A DNA stretch of 63,922 nucleotides, filler included, from Aduncisulcus paluster (lineage: Eukaryota), in NCBI GenBank assembly GCA_024181965.1. It is 12 parts of 12 records of this genome, joined end to end, with 100 filler letters (N's around TTAATTAATTAA, not from the genome) between each part and the next. Parts side by side here need not be neighbours in the genome. Positions count along the whole stretch, not along the records: positions 4,032 to 9,894 come from BQXS01010027.1; positions 9,995 to 15,743 come from BQXS01010028.1; positions 15,844 to 22,202 come from BQXS01010029.1; 9 more parts are not named here. The stretch is one strand, 5' to 3'. Below the pieces are notes generated by a model. It was given only the letters and a program-made list of their open reading frames with translations, was not told where the DNA came from and made no database searches. Shown piece by piece: positions 9,578 to 20,300 of this stretch. Position 1 is the first letter of the stretch, and every line of letters begins with the position of its first letter. A program made the translations under genes and the position numbers.

Positions 9578-9994
9578 CCTCTGGGTCTTCCGAAGTCTGT
9601 TGCAGAGCTTATAAAGTTCTCGTCAGCTCCAGTGTCCAGTAAAGACTTAGTGTACAACTTCTCCTTATAGTTGGAGGCCCAAATAAAAGTGGTCAAACAA
9701 GGACTGGCTGGTTTACTCTGGGTAATCACAGCCTTGGCAGACCTTCTTTTCCCACCGGAGCCTTCATGGTCATGCTTCTTTCGTGGACACTCAGAAGCGA
9801 AATGTCCCTTCTGTCCGCAGTTGAAACAGACAATTTCTTTCTTCCAATCTGTATTAGTACGACGATCGGAGAACTTCTTACGCTCTTTTTCAAANNNNNN
9901 NNNNNNNNNNNNNNNNNNNNNNNNNNNNNNNNNNNNNNTTAATTAATTAANNNNNNNNNNNNNNNNNNNNNNNNNNNNNNNNNNNNNNNNNNNN

Positions 9995-10298
9995 GGCTGA
10001 GACTGCTGCGAGGAGCGACAAAAAGAGGGAGCTTATGGAAGAAGTTGAAATGAGGAAGAAAATGGCTGCCAGATCTGTTGAGGATAGGCAGAAAGACTTG
10101 AGTAAGCATGTCTCTTGCCTTCCAAGCTGTCTGGCAATGGTAACCAGGACTGTTGTTCAAGAGTTTTACGAGAACAGACCCATTCAGTATTTACAAGCTA
10201 CTAACGTGTTCAAAACAAGTTATGCAATGGTAAAAGAGTTTTCAGAACTAGGAACTTCTGTTTGGGGTGATTTAGAACATCAAGCGCTGAAAAGATAA
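9995..10298 (+). CDS. C-terminal fragment of an unknown helical protein
   Basis: Open frame from the contig edge to a stop at 10298. No recognisable motif. Confidence 0.45.
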
Positions 10299-10537
10299 GA
10301 TGGATTGGTCAAGAAAATGATATTTCCATCAATTTAAAAGATAAAAAATAAATATTTTAGAAATTATGATGCCATTTCTTTTTTGCGGTGATGGCTGACT
10401 TGGTAACCAGAAAAAAAATAGAAATTGTTATTTTATTTCGTAATATATCAAATTTTACCCATTTTGAGAGCATAATCTTGAAAAAATTTTTGAACCTACA
10501 TTGTCGATCGACAAAATAGTGCATTTTGACGACAAAT

Positions 10538-12295
10538 ATGACTTCACCTGTGTCTAAATATGAAATTACTATCAAAGCAGAGGATTTAGAATCCAAGGAT
10601 GTGCTGTCATCTTCTGATCCCTTCTGTGTTGTTGAAATTGTTAATGCAGAGAAGCAAGCCGTAGCGGTTGGAATGACTGCACCAATTAAAAATTGCAACA
10701 ATCCAGTTTTTCCTGAAAGTTTTTTATTACCATACATGTTTGAGACTCCTGATCGCGTCCGTATCAGACTTTTTGATTGTGACTCCTCTGATCTTAAAGA
10801 CTTGAGAAAGCATGATTATATTGGAAATGTTGAATTCCAAATTGCTGATTTAGTGGTATCTGTTACAGGAGAACTCTCCCTTCCTCTGAGAGGTCCAGAT
10901 GGTAGACCTTACAGAGGTAAGAAGAGTCCCAAGATTCATATTTCTGGTGAACCTGCAAGTAGCGATAATATTTTTGCTGATATGTCTTTCTGTGCCAAGA
11001 ATATTGATAAGAAAGATACATTTGGAAAAACTGACGGTTATTTAGTTTTCCAGAGGGCCAAAGAAACTGCTAGTGGAGTTCCAGAATGGCATGAAGTTCA
11101 TAAAACTGAGGTTGTTAAGAAATCACTGAATCCCGTGTGGAAACCTATGAAATTGAGTATGCAGAGACTCTGTAACAATGACGTTGAGAGACCTATTCGA
11201 ATCCAATGTTTCGACTGGGATTTGGCCAGTGATGATGACTTCGTGGGACACGCTGATACCTGTATCAGTGAACTCGAACGTCTTCGTGAAGCCGGTGATG
11301 GAGTTCCTCTTATTTCTGAGCATAAGAGAGAGAAAATGAAGAAAAAAGGCAAGGACTATATTAACAGTGGTATGCTGTACATGCTGAGCTTTTCTATCAC
11401 AAAGATACCCACCTTCCTTGATTATGTGTATAGTGGAACAATGCAGCTGAGTCTCTCTGTGGCTATTGATTTCACTGGTTCCAATGGTCATTATTCATCT
11501 CCTTCATCCCTTCATTACATCGGACGTGGACAATCTGAATATGAAAAGGCCATGGCTGCCGTTGGATCTGTTTTATGCCCGTATGACAGTGATTCTTTGG
11601 TGGATATTGATGGATTTGGAGCCATCGTCGGAGGTTGTGTCTCCCATTGTTTTCCTCTTGGAGGTGGCTCTGTTAAGGGTGTAGCTGGAATGCTTGAAGC
11701 CTACAGAAGCACCTTGACTGGCGGAGTCCAACTCTGCGGACCCACTGTTCTCCATTCTGTCATTGAAAAATCGATGAAACAAGCCCAATTCTATCATACG
11801 TTGAATACCCGTTCCCACGCCGAACAAGTTGCTTCTGCTTTTCACCAAACCGGTGTCGCCCAAGGATATCAGGTACTGTTAATCCTCACTGACGGTCAAG
11901 CAAATGACATGGAACAGATCAAATCCACGGTTGTGGCTGCATCGAGTCTTCCTCTATCAATAATTATCGTTGGAGTCGGCCGAGCTGATTTTTCTGCGAT
12001 GGAGTTCCTCGATTCCGATGGAACGATGCTTAGAGACTCTCGTGGGAATTCTGCCATAAGAGATATGGTCCAATTCGTACCATTTAATAAGTTTGCCGGA
12101 AATCCCCATCTTCTTGCACAGGAAACATTGGCAGAATTACCAAAACAAGTCCTTGAATATGCCAAAAGTGTTGAGATGATGCCCATTTCACGAGCTGAAA
12201 TTTCAATGAAGCTCGAAGCCAAAGCAGCCGTTGCAAGAGCTGAAGCTGCCATGGCCCACGCAAAAGTCCAAGCTTTGGGCGGCTCTGCTCCGTAA
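10538..12295 (+). CDS. Copine (C2A-C2B-vWA calcium-dependent phospholipid-binding protein)
   Basis: SSSDPFC, DKKDTFGKTDGY, HKTEVVKKSLNPVW, AIDFTGSNG...SLHY, LLILTDG, ASSLPLSIIIVGVG, RDMVQFVPF, TLAELPKQV. Confidence 0.95.
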   Translation: MTSPVSKYEITIKAEDLESKDVLSSSDPFCVVEIVNAEKQAVAVGMTAPIKNCNNPVFPESFLLPYMFETPDRVRIRLFDCDSSDLKDLRKHDYIGNVEFQIADLVVSVTGELSLPLRGPDGRPYRGKKSPKIHISGEPASSDNIFADMSFCAKNIDKKDTFGKTDGYLVFQRAKETASGVPEWHEVHKTEVVKKSLNPVWKPMKLSMQRLCNNDVERPIRIQCFDWDLASDDDFVGHADTCISELERLREAGDGVPLISEHKREKMKKKGKDYINSGMLYMLSFSITKIPTFLDYVYSGTMQLSLSVAIDFTGSNGHYSSPSSLHYIGRGQSEYEKAMAAVGSVLCPYDSDSLVDIDGFGAIVGGCVSHCFPLGGGSVKGVAGMLEAYRSTLTGGVQLCGPTVLHSVIEKSMKQAQFYHTLNTRSHAEQVASAFHQTGVAQGYQVLLILTDGQANDMEQIKSTVVAASSLPLSIIIVGVGRADFSAMEFLDSDGTMLRDSRGNSAIRDMVQFVPFNKFAGNPHLLAQETLAELPKQVLEYAKSVEMMPISRAEISMKLEAKAAVARAEAAMAHAKVQALGGSAP

Positions 12296-12516
12296 AGCAC
12301 TTAATAAGTACTTTTCGTGAGTGCAATTAATATGTAGTTATTCTCTGTTTTTAAAATTTATAAATTTTATTTTAATATTCACAATCAATAAACCGTTTTG
12401 TCGATGTCAATCATTGATCTCAGCTTTCATATTTTTATTACCGGCTGTGGCCGGCAACGACCGTACAAATTTGTTTTTTCTTTTGTATTTTGTTGCAATT
12501 ACGGTCATTATATTAA

Positions 12517-14058
12517 ATGAAACCTAATTTCTCTTTGATTTGTGCGATTCTTTATATTGTTGCCGCTTTGAGGTTTGGTGCTTGCTCAAACGAGTCAAAC
12601 GATGGAAACGTTGACTATGAAGCTGGAGCAAGGCTAATAATCCGAAAAAGCATGTTTGATTATTATCTTCCCCGGGTTGCCGACAATTTTGAATATACTT
12701 TCCCTTCGTTTGGAAATATTCTTTTCACACACATTGGTCATATTCAAGTCGATTACGACGGCTCCAATCCCGTTCCAGTTAAAACAGATCCGGTGACAAC
12801 CTTTAAAGCACCCAATATTATTATTCTTGACTTCAAAGATTTGGCATTTTCAATCTCAACTCAATATCAATATGAGAACGACCCAGATATTAATGGTATT
12901 CTGGATATCACTCTTACGAGCTGTGAGAGTGAAGTTCAGCTTTCTCTTAATCATGGTGACGCGGAGTTTGGTGATGCAGAAGAATTTTTTATCGATCTTG
13001 ATCTAATTTCTGTGGGTACTCAAGCCTATGAACTTGATTGGCATAATGATTTCTTAAATAATTATTGTGAAACCTATGAATTGTTTGTATCAAGTTGGGT
13101 GGCTGGTCTTATCTATCATTGGACAGAAGATATAATTCTTGAACTTCTTAATAACTTCCTCGACTCCTTACCGGGTACCCACATTCCTTTCGATGCATAT
13201 GTTGACCTTGAAGATGGTCTGGTGCTTTCTGATCCTATTTTAGTCACACGTGAGGACAAATCCTATATCTCAATCGGTTCTAAAATGCGATTTGTCCCTT
13301 CAAATTCTGCAGCTCGTACCGAGGATCATACAGTTGGTCTTCCAATTGCTCCACTTGATGATCTCTCCACCTCCGATGCTTTTCTCCACATTGCCATTGA
13401 CAGTTCTGTTCCTACTTCCTTTTTAACAGCTCACAACGACTCAGGCTTCATCTCTTCCATCCTGATCACTGAAGATGAGATATCACCCGATTTAGCCATT
13501 CAACTCACTGTGGGATCTCTTGGAATCCTCATGTTCCCGAATCTCGATGACTTTTACTCCCCCTCCCGAAACCTCTTCCTCTCCTTTTCTGTCCCTGAGG
13601 ATGAAGAGGCCACTGATCTCTACGCCGGTTTCAACTCTGATGGAATGTCTTTCTCGTTGACATTTGACATGCGAATTGATGTTGCTCAGAGTGGTACCTA
13701 TGACACATTGGCCGAGGAGATTGCCGTTGTTCGGTTCGATATTTCTGGCTCTGGGGAGATGACTGCCACTGATACCCCGTCTCTTGATGGTATTATTATT
13801 GCTGGTAATATTGCGTCCATTGATGTTACCAATCCTTCCATTGAGTTTTTGAAAGATGATCTTGACGTTTCTACATACTTCTTTGATGATTTTGCTTCTA
13901 TCCTGAATCCTCTCCTCGAGTCTGTCCTCATTCCCATCATTAACAAGACCCTTGAATCAGGCATGGAGATCCAATTGCCAGAGGGAATGACCGCGGATGG
14001 TGTGGCCATCTATTATTTCGAAGAGATGTGTTACATCACATGTGATATCCTCGAATAG
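12517..14058 (+). CDS. Secreted acidic BPI/LBP (TULIP)-like lipid-binding protein
   Basis: Signal peptide and ~510 aa length. N-terminal GARLIIRKSMFDY and C-terminal LIPIINKTLESGMEIQLP resemble the BPI/LBP termini. Confidence 0.65.
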   Translation: MKPNFSLICAILYIVAALRFGACSNESNDGNVDYEAGARLIIRKSMFDYYLPRVADNFEYTFPSFGNILFTHIGHIQVDYDGSNPVPVKTDPVTTFKAPNIIILDFKDLAFSISTQYQYENDPDINGILDITLTSCESEVQLSLNHGDAEFGDAEEFFIDLDLISVGTQAYELDWHNDFLNNYCETYELFVSSWVAGLIYHWTEDIILELLNNFLDSLPGTHIPFDAYVDLEDGLVLSDPILVTREDKSYISIGSKMRFVPSNSAARTEDHTVGLPIAPLDDLSTSDAFLHIAIDSSVPTSFLTAHNDSGFISSILITEDEISPDLAIQLTVGSLGILMFPNLDDFYSPSRNLFLSFSVPEDEEATDLYAGFNSDGMSFSLTFDMRIDVAQSGTYDTLAEEIAVVRFDISGSGEMTATDTPSLDGIIIAGNIASIDVTNPSIEFLKDDLDVSTYFFDDFASILNPLLESVLIPIINKTLESGMEIQLPEGMTADGVAIYYFEEMCYITCDILE

Positions 14059-14719
14059 ATTTGTTTTTTTTTTTTAAAAAAATAACATTCGTGCGTGTTT
14101 GTATTTTTATATTTGCAAAATAATTGTTTTCCAAGGTTTCGTTGCTCCCTTTGTTTTGTTTGTTTTTGTATATTTTAAAGTTGTTTTTTTTAAGGTTCAA
14201 TTTGATGGATAATTTATCGTTTGTCTCTAAAAATGTTAAGGCAAATAAAAATATTAAAATATTGATAATATTAATATCCCGTTAAGTGCGACTCGCAAAT
14301 ATAATAATACCGGTAATTACCGGTTGATGCCGGTTGACTATCAATCTCCATCAAAACTGAAATTCACAATTGTGAATAAATCCAGCGAGAATATGACTTC
14401 ACTCCGATAAATTAAAAATTTTATTCGACCGTTCGACCGAATTTTAGATCAATTTCTGGACTTATCATGAAGATTAAAGATTGACAGAATTAAAAACCCA
14501 CACGAAAATAATAATAACCATTAATCCAAAAAAAAGAAGCAAAATAAAAAAAACATAAGCAGCGACAACCATCAAAATGAGAAATTAGGTAAGATGAGAA
14601 ATACAAAAAAATTTTAAAAATTTAATAAATAAATCTATATCATAATATCAAGCTCAAGACCAAACAATGACAAATTAATTGTTTGAATATCATCTGGAAC
14701 AAAAAAATCTCAACTCAAA

Positions 14720-15743
14720 TTACACACTCTCATCGCCAATTGGCTCGGGATTTTCTTGTGGTTCCTCAGGAATCTTATCAATCTCTTCACTAGAATCACC
14801 TGCATGTTCATGTAAGAGAAGGCTTCCCCTCTTCCTTTCATCCTTTTTTGTCTTAAAACAAAATACAATGAGAACAACAATACCAGCAACAACAAGAACA
14901 GAACCCACAACGATCAGAGCAATAGCCCAACCGGGAAGACCGCTGGGTTCATCCGGAGGAATTGGAGCTGAAGTGAATTGAAGGTGGAGAATAGAACCAT
15001 TTTTTTCAGAAGCCAGGTACAAGGCATTGTTGGAAAGAGAAAGGGCAGAAGGGACGGTTGAAGGGATATCATTGACATCCCCAAAAACACATTCTCCAGA
15101 TGTCGTATCACATCCAAACTCCATCACAGAATATGATGAATCCTCATTTCTGTAAACTACAGCAACGTTTGAACCATAACAAGAAACATCAAGAATGATC
15201 TTATTATCGAGCTTCTCACTCCACAATTCAAGTCCTGTGCGGTTATTGAAGGAGGTAATTTCATTTGAGAGAACAGTGTAGGTAATGTCTCCACAAACAG
15301 CAAGATCAGTTGGTTCATATGAGATGTTTGTGCTGAATGACGAGTCACGATCAACAAGAGTGAGAGTAGCGTTAGAAGAGTAAGAATATGCCATTGTACT
15401 AACATCAAAAAGCTCAAATCCATCCACAGTAACAGGATCATCCTTGTACCATGTGTTGTGTCCAAGACGTTCAGTATACATGGAATAAGAACCATCATTC
15501 TGTAAGAGAATGGCAGAGAAGTAAGAGTTGAGGAAATTATATGTTCCGTCATCCTTACCATCACCTCCGGCAGAGACAGCGACACATTGACTCTCTCCAT
15601 CACCATAATAAGTGCTAGTAGCAACATCAGTTCCAACGCTATAAATTACCATTCCTCCCTTAATACACACGGCGACAAAATTACCAGATACGGCTACATC
15701 TTTCAACACAACATCAGTATCAGTACGGCCAGGATATGAGGGT
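14720..15743 (-). CDS. Type I membrane protein with beta-rich (propeller-like) ectodomain; N-terminus missing
   Basis: Repeated DVAVSG/DLAVCG/DVSCYG blades. TM helix WAIALIVVGSVLVVAGIVVLIVFCF followed by a basic stop-transfer segment. Confidence 0.7.
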
Positions 15744-17372
15744 NNNNNNNNNNNNNNNNNNNNNNNNNNNNNNNNNNNNNNNNNNNNTTAATTAATTAAN
15801 NNNNNNNNNNNNNNNNNNNNNNNNNNNNNNNNNNNNNNNNNNNTGCAAGCAAAATATGGCCTGTTGTTGTTTTGTTTGTTATGTTGTTGGAGATCCTGTC
15901 ACGAGATGTGCTTTCGACTTTCTTGAACTCATTCGGCATGGCAATATATAGAGCCATGTGATATAAAAAACCTGCATGTTGGTGGAATTGTCACAGAGTT
16001 TTCTCAACTCATCGCAAAGTCGCCATTTGGAGTGCCCACTGCCATATCCCTTCTGATCAAATGGGATAAAAATACACTTTCTATCCGCTGCGAGATCATT
16101 TTATTCCTTGTACTGCACAGAGATTTGCAAGAAGGCTTCTTAATTGAATGAATGGATGTTTCGTGTCAAACGCCTTGAGCTTCTTTTCTAAAGACCATCC
16201 CTCGGAGCACAGGTCTATTTCCAATGTGAGATCTTCCCTTTTTTATTATTATTATTATTTTTTTTGGTGTCGTGGAATTCACAGATACCGTTTCTAATCG
16301 ATTATTAATAATCGACTAACGATGAAGCTTTGAAAGATGTCTTGTTGAGTTGGCCCACATCCAATTCATGATTAATATCAAAAGTGATTTGAGGGTGATT
16401 CCATTAATCCAGGAATCTCCAGCTCTCCATGACAAAGTAGTCTTGAACTTCAGTGATACCGTTCGAATTGTATATTCGTTTCTATAATTTGACTTTGTTC
16501 AAACGGAGCTTCGTTTTGCAGGCCATATCAAAGTGGTAACAACTTATTACTATTCTTGAATTGTATAATACAATTGTATTCCAGTTCGTGCTTGGCTTAT
16601 GGATTTTTTTGTTCTCTCCATCCGTCCACCAATTGTTTCTATCCACAAATTGATGTCTGTTATATCTGTACTATCGACAAATCAAGTCCAATAATGGTGC
16701 AATTAGGTCGCTTCTTTTTATTCTCATCAGACAACTGTGTACCACTTTAACAAGTGTTGTGGGGTGACACAACACATCAACATCAACTCCTGTGATTTCA
16801 AAGCACTGATTTGGATATCTCGATGAGATTTGTGTATCTCAGGATGGGTTTTCTTTTGGCAGGTTTATGGTATAGAGTTTTTCGGATCTTATCGTAATAG
16901 CCCGAGGCCATGACTCAAGAGGAATGAAATGCCTCAATAAACCGAATGAAATTATTTATTAATCTTGAAACAGAAATTCAAGCACCTTGGCTCTATTCAG
17001 AAGTTTTTACCTATACAAATAAAAAATAATTATCGATAAAGCAGTTTATCCCCAAATCAAACAACTTATTTGCAAACAAGATAACCTACAAAAAGACCAA
17101 AACTGCAAAAAAGATATCGATCATATCCCGAACAATATAAATTGAATTTCATAGATATTTGAGGTATTTTGTGATCACCTCACACAAATCTTCAAGAAAA
17201 AATTATATTAGAATCCAAAGTAACTTATTGGAATACAACAAAAAAAAATTACAAAACAACAAAAAAAGTACAATCGATTTCATACAACAAGAATTCAACT
17301 GTAAAACCTAAAAAGTGGACTAAAAAGCATTATATATAGCAAAAAAATTATGTAACATTATATTTCGTATTA

Positions 17373-20300
17373 TTATTTAATATACTTTCTCTTCTTCACT
17401 TTCTTCATCTTCTTGGTTTCAGCATCAGGAGAAGGACTATCATACTCGCTCTCAAGATCATTAATATCAGGCAATTCGTTCATCACCCCACCCATATCCT
17501 TGTAAGAGTCATCTAGAGGAATGACGGCATGTTCTTCCTCTTCTTTGGGGGTATCGAGTGACTGTTTGGCATCCTTTCTATACTTGCGAAGGCGTTTCTG
17601 CTTCTTCTGGAAGAGAGAAATAGAAAATAGAGCGATAAGACCAAGCACAGCAAGACCACCGAGAGTACAAGAACCAATGATAATCCATTTCTTTACGACA
17701 GATCTCACAACAACTGAACGTTTCAAAACAGTATAAACTCCTCCACCAGGAATATAAAATGTCCAAGTGTTCGTCTCAGAATCATAAACTGGAGTATTCT
17801 TGAGAACGTTTCCATACCATTCCGACTCTGGGAGTGAAGCCTCGGCAGCGTACACGACAACATATTCAGTTTCCTCAGTGTCAATAGTTGTTACAAGATT
17901 ATCGGCAAGAACCGTGTCCTTGGCAATATGACGAACCTCAATACATTCCGAATCACCCTGACATGCGATCTTTTCACCATCACCATTCTTAAGTGTAAGA
18001 GCAATAGGAAGAGTGGCGGCATTATCCCAGAATTCATCACTTGTGATTCCTGTCATTTTGAAATATGTATACCATACATTCGAAAGGGCCAGATTAAATC
18101 CAAATGTCCACATTCGAATGTCAGAATCGAACAGAATCACAGCTTCCCCTGTCGAATAATTTTCCATCTCCATTCCTAGTTTAATCATACTGCCAGTAGG
18201 TGTCTCCATGGGAAGAATAACATGTCGGTACAAGGGACCAGACTGCAACATAAGCTGGAAATCAGAAGGAATGTCACTGCTCTTGACATATCCCCATCCG
18301 TAAAGGTTCTCAATCACTCCAGAGAGAATGTACACTCCTATTGTGGATACCATGTAAGGACAAGTGGCGTATTCTCTGATTGCGGCAAGAATATAATGAG
18401 CAATGTATGAAGAATGGTAATTATTCACGGCTGGAAGATGATTGCTGAGCTCAACAAGGAGAAGACCGACAGAATTAAGGTTGGACATGGAATCGAAGCG
18501 AGCTGGAGGAGAACGAAGTAAGACCAAATCGTGAGAGGAAGCAATGTTGTATATTTTCTCCAATATTTCCAAATTAGCGCTAATTCCACCATCAATTGGA
18601 AGTTCCTCAACAATCTCATGGAAAATGGGATGCAAAACAGTCAAAGCATGGCAGAGAAGACCATAAGCCCCAGCATACATGTTGGTATTCCTCATGTCAT
18701 GCAAGTAGTAATCTTCATTAGTGAGTGAACCGACAAACCAATAGGCAAACTCAATGATTCCTTGGGCATGATACAGTCCAATGGCGATAATATCGTTCAA
18801 TTCCTCACTACTTGCCTCATCTTCAAGGGCTCTTTCAAGGAGATCCTGAGATTCAATCAATCCACCCATAAAACGCAAAAGATATTCGGAGATAGCCTCG
18901 CTCATCAAAAAGCTATCAAAGTGGACCCGGAGATCCATGAGGGAGATTCGAGAACTAGGTAAAAAGGCAGCCGTCCGAGCCAATATACTCTTCCCCTCTT
19001 TCTGGAAGGAGGAGAGAGAATCGTATGAATCTCCTATATATCCGATATCAAATGCCCCTCTCATGAAGAACACAGACTCAGAAGTATGCCATCTACTACC
19101 AGCAGAAGAAGCCAAATAAGTGTTGATATTGACTTCAGAGTTTGTTTCGTCCTCTTCCATGACAGCCCAGCAAGGAACATAAACACTCTGATGGATTTGG
19201 GATACATTATCAATCAGAATGACCCTCTCTCCCTCGTGAATAACAGTGACACTCATAAGCGCCGGAACACGTTCTTTATAAGCGATGGGATCAAGCAACA
19301 CTTCGAAATCATCGACATGTAAAGGCAAGGATCCAGGTTCAAATCCATCTTCCTCACACACGTATCTATTGTTATCCACATCGAATTTAATCATATCATA
19401 TGAACATGGAACATTATGAATATCGTACAATTCAATCTCAAAGGCATCACAACGGAAAGGACTAGCCTCGGTTCCAACACCATATTCACTGGAATATTTC
19501 AGCTGATTCTGGAAGGTCAAGTTCCTTTCCATATTCACAAAGTATGTTGCAGTTGTGTCTATCGGAACAAGAGTCGAATCATCAATGTCTTCTCTATACA
19601 CAGACAGAGTGAACGAAAGCATTGAGCAGTTGCAACCTTTGTACAGCTCATCAGCATCCTCCCCCGTGAACGAGAGACTTGTGCCAGTGAGACCACCTTC
19701 AATAGAGAGCTCAACTAATTCATCATCTTGAAGGTATTCAGAGGACCATTTGAAGTGGATACCTTCCATCTGGTCGTGCATATGGGAAAGAGAGACAGAG
19801 TTGCCATCCTTGTCATAGTAGATCATCCTGGATTTAATCTCAAGCCTTTCACCAAGTCTAATAGAACTGGGACCCTGAATTTCAACACGGAGCCCACCTC
19901 TCTTCCTGGCAAGGGAATTGACATCACGAACATCACCAGGCTGGATGGTAATGTGACCATTATGGGTATAATATCCAATATCACTATCACCATTCACCCA
20001 TGTTACCGAATAAGCATTGAATTCTGTCTGGTCGGCAACGTATTCAGGGACATGGAATGCAAGTCGATGAGAATTGGAATAATATGCTATCCTGCCGTCA
20101 GAATCAGTCAAATACCAAATGTATTTGATTGTTTTTGAGTCCAAGTTCTCATCACTCATCTGATCCATCTCATATCTCGACTCAACCTTCATCTCAAGCA
20201 TCTCATCGGGATGAACGGATGCAGAGGAGATGATATAACCTTCTTCATTTTCAACAGGATCTACAGTGAGGTTCACAGGTCTGGCCTCAAAGTCAAGAGA

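Larger units (their letters stand above)
6139..9894 (-). mobile_element. Ty3/gypsy (chromovirus-type) LTR retrotransposon gag-pol: zinc knuckle, aspartic protease, RT, RNase H, integrase, chromodomain; 5' end truncated by contig end
   Basis: Gag knuckle CFNCGQKGHFASEC (~9790-9830). Protease LLDTGA (~9620-9645). RT LRLCVDFR, MPFGL, YIDD. RNase H TDAS, TDHRNL, ADCLSR. Integrase HHCC + AVDAIGP/SDNG/NGIVER, GPF motif. Chromodomain YFIESI...HWSGY...TWEP. Confidence 0.95.
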
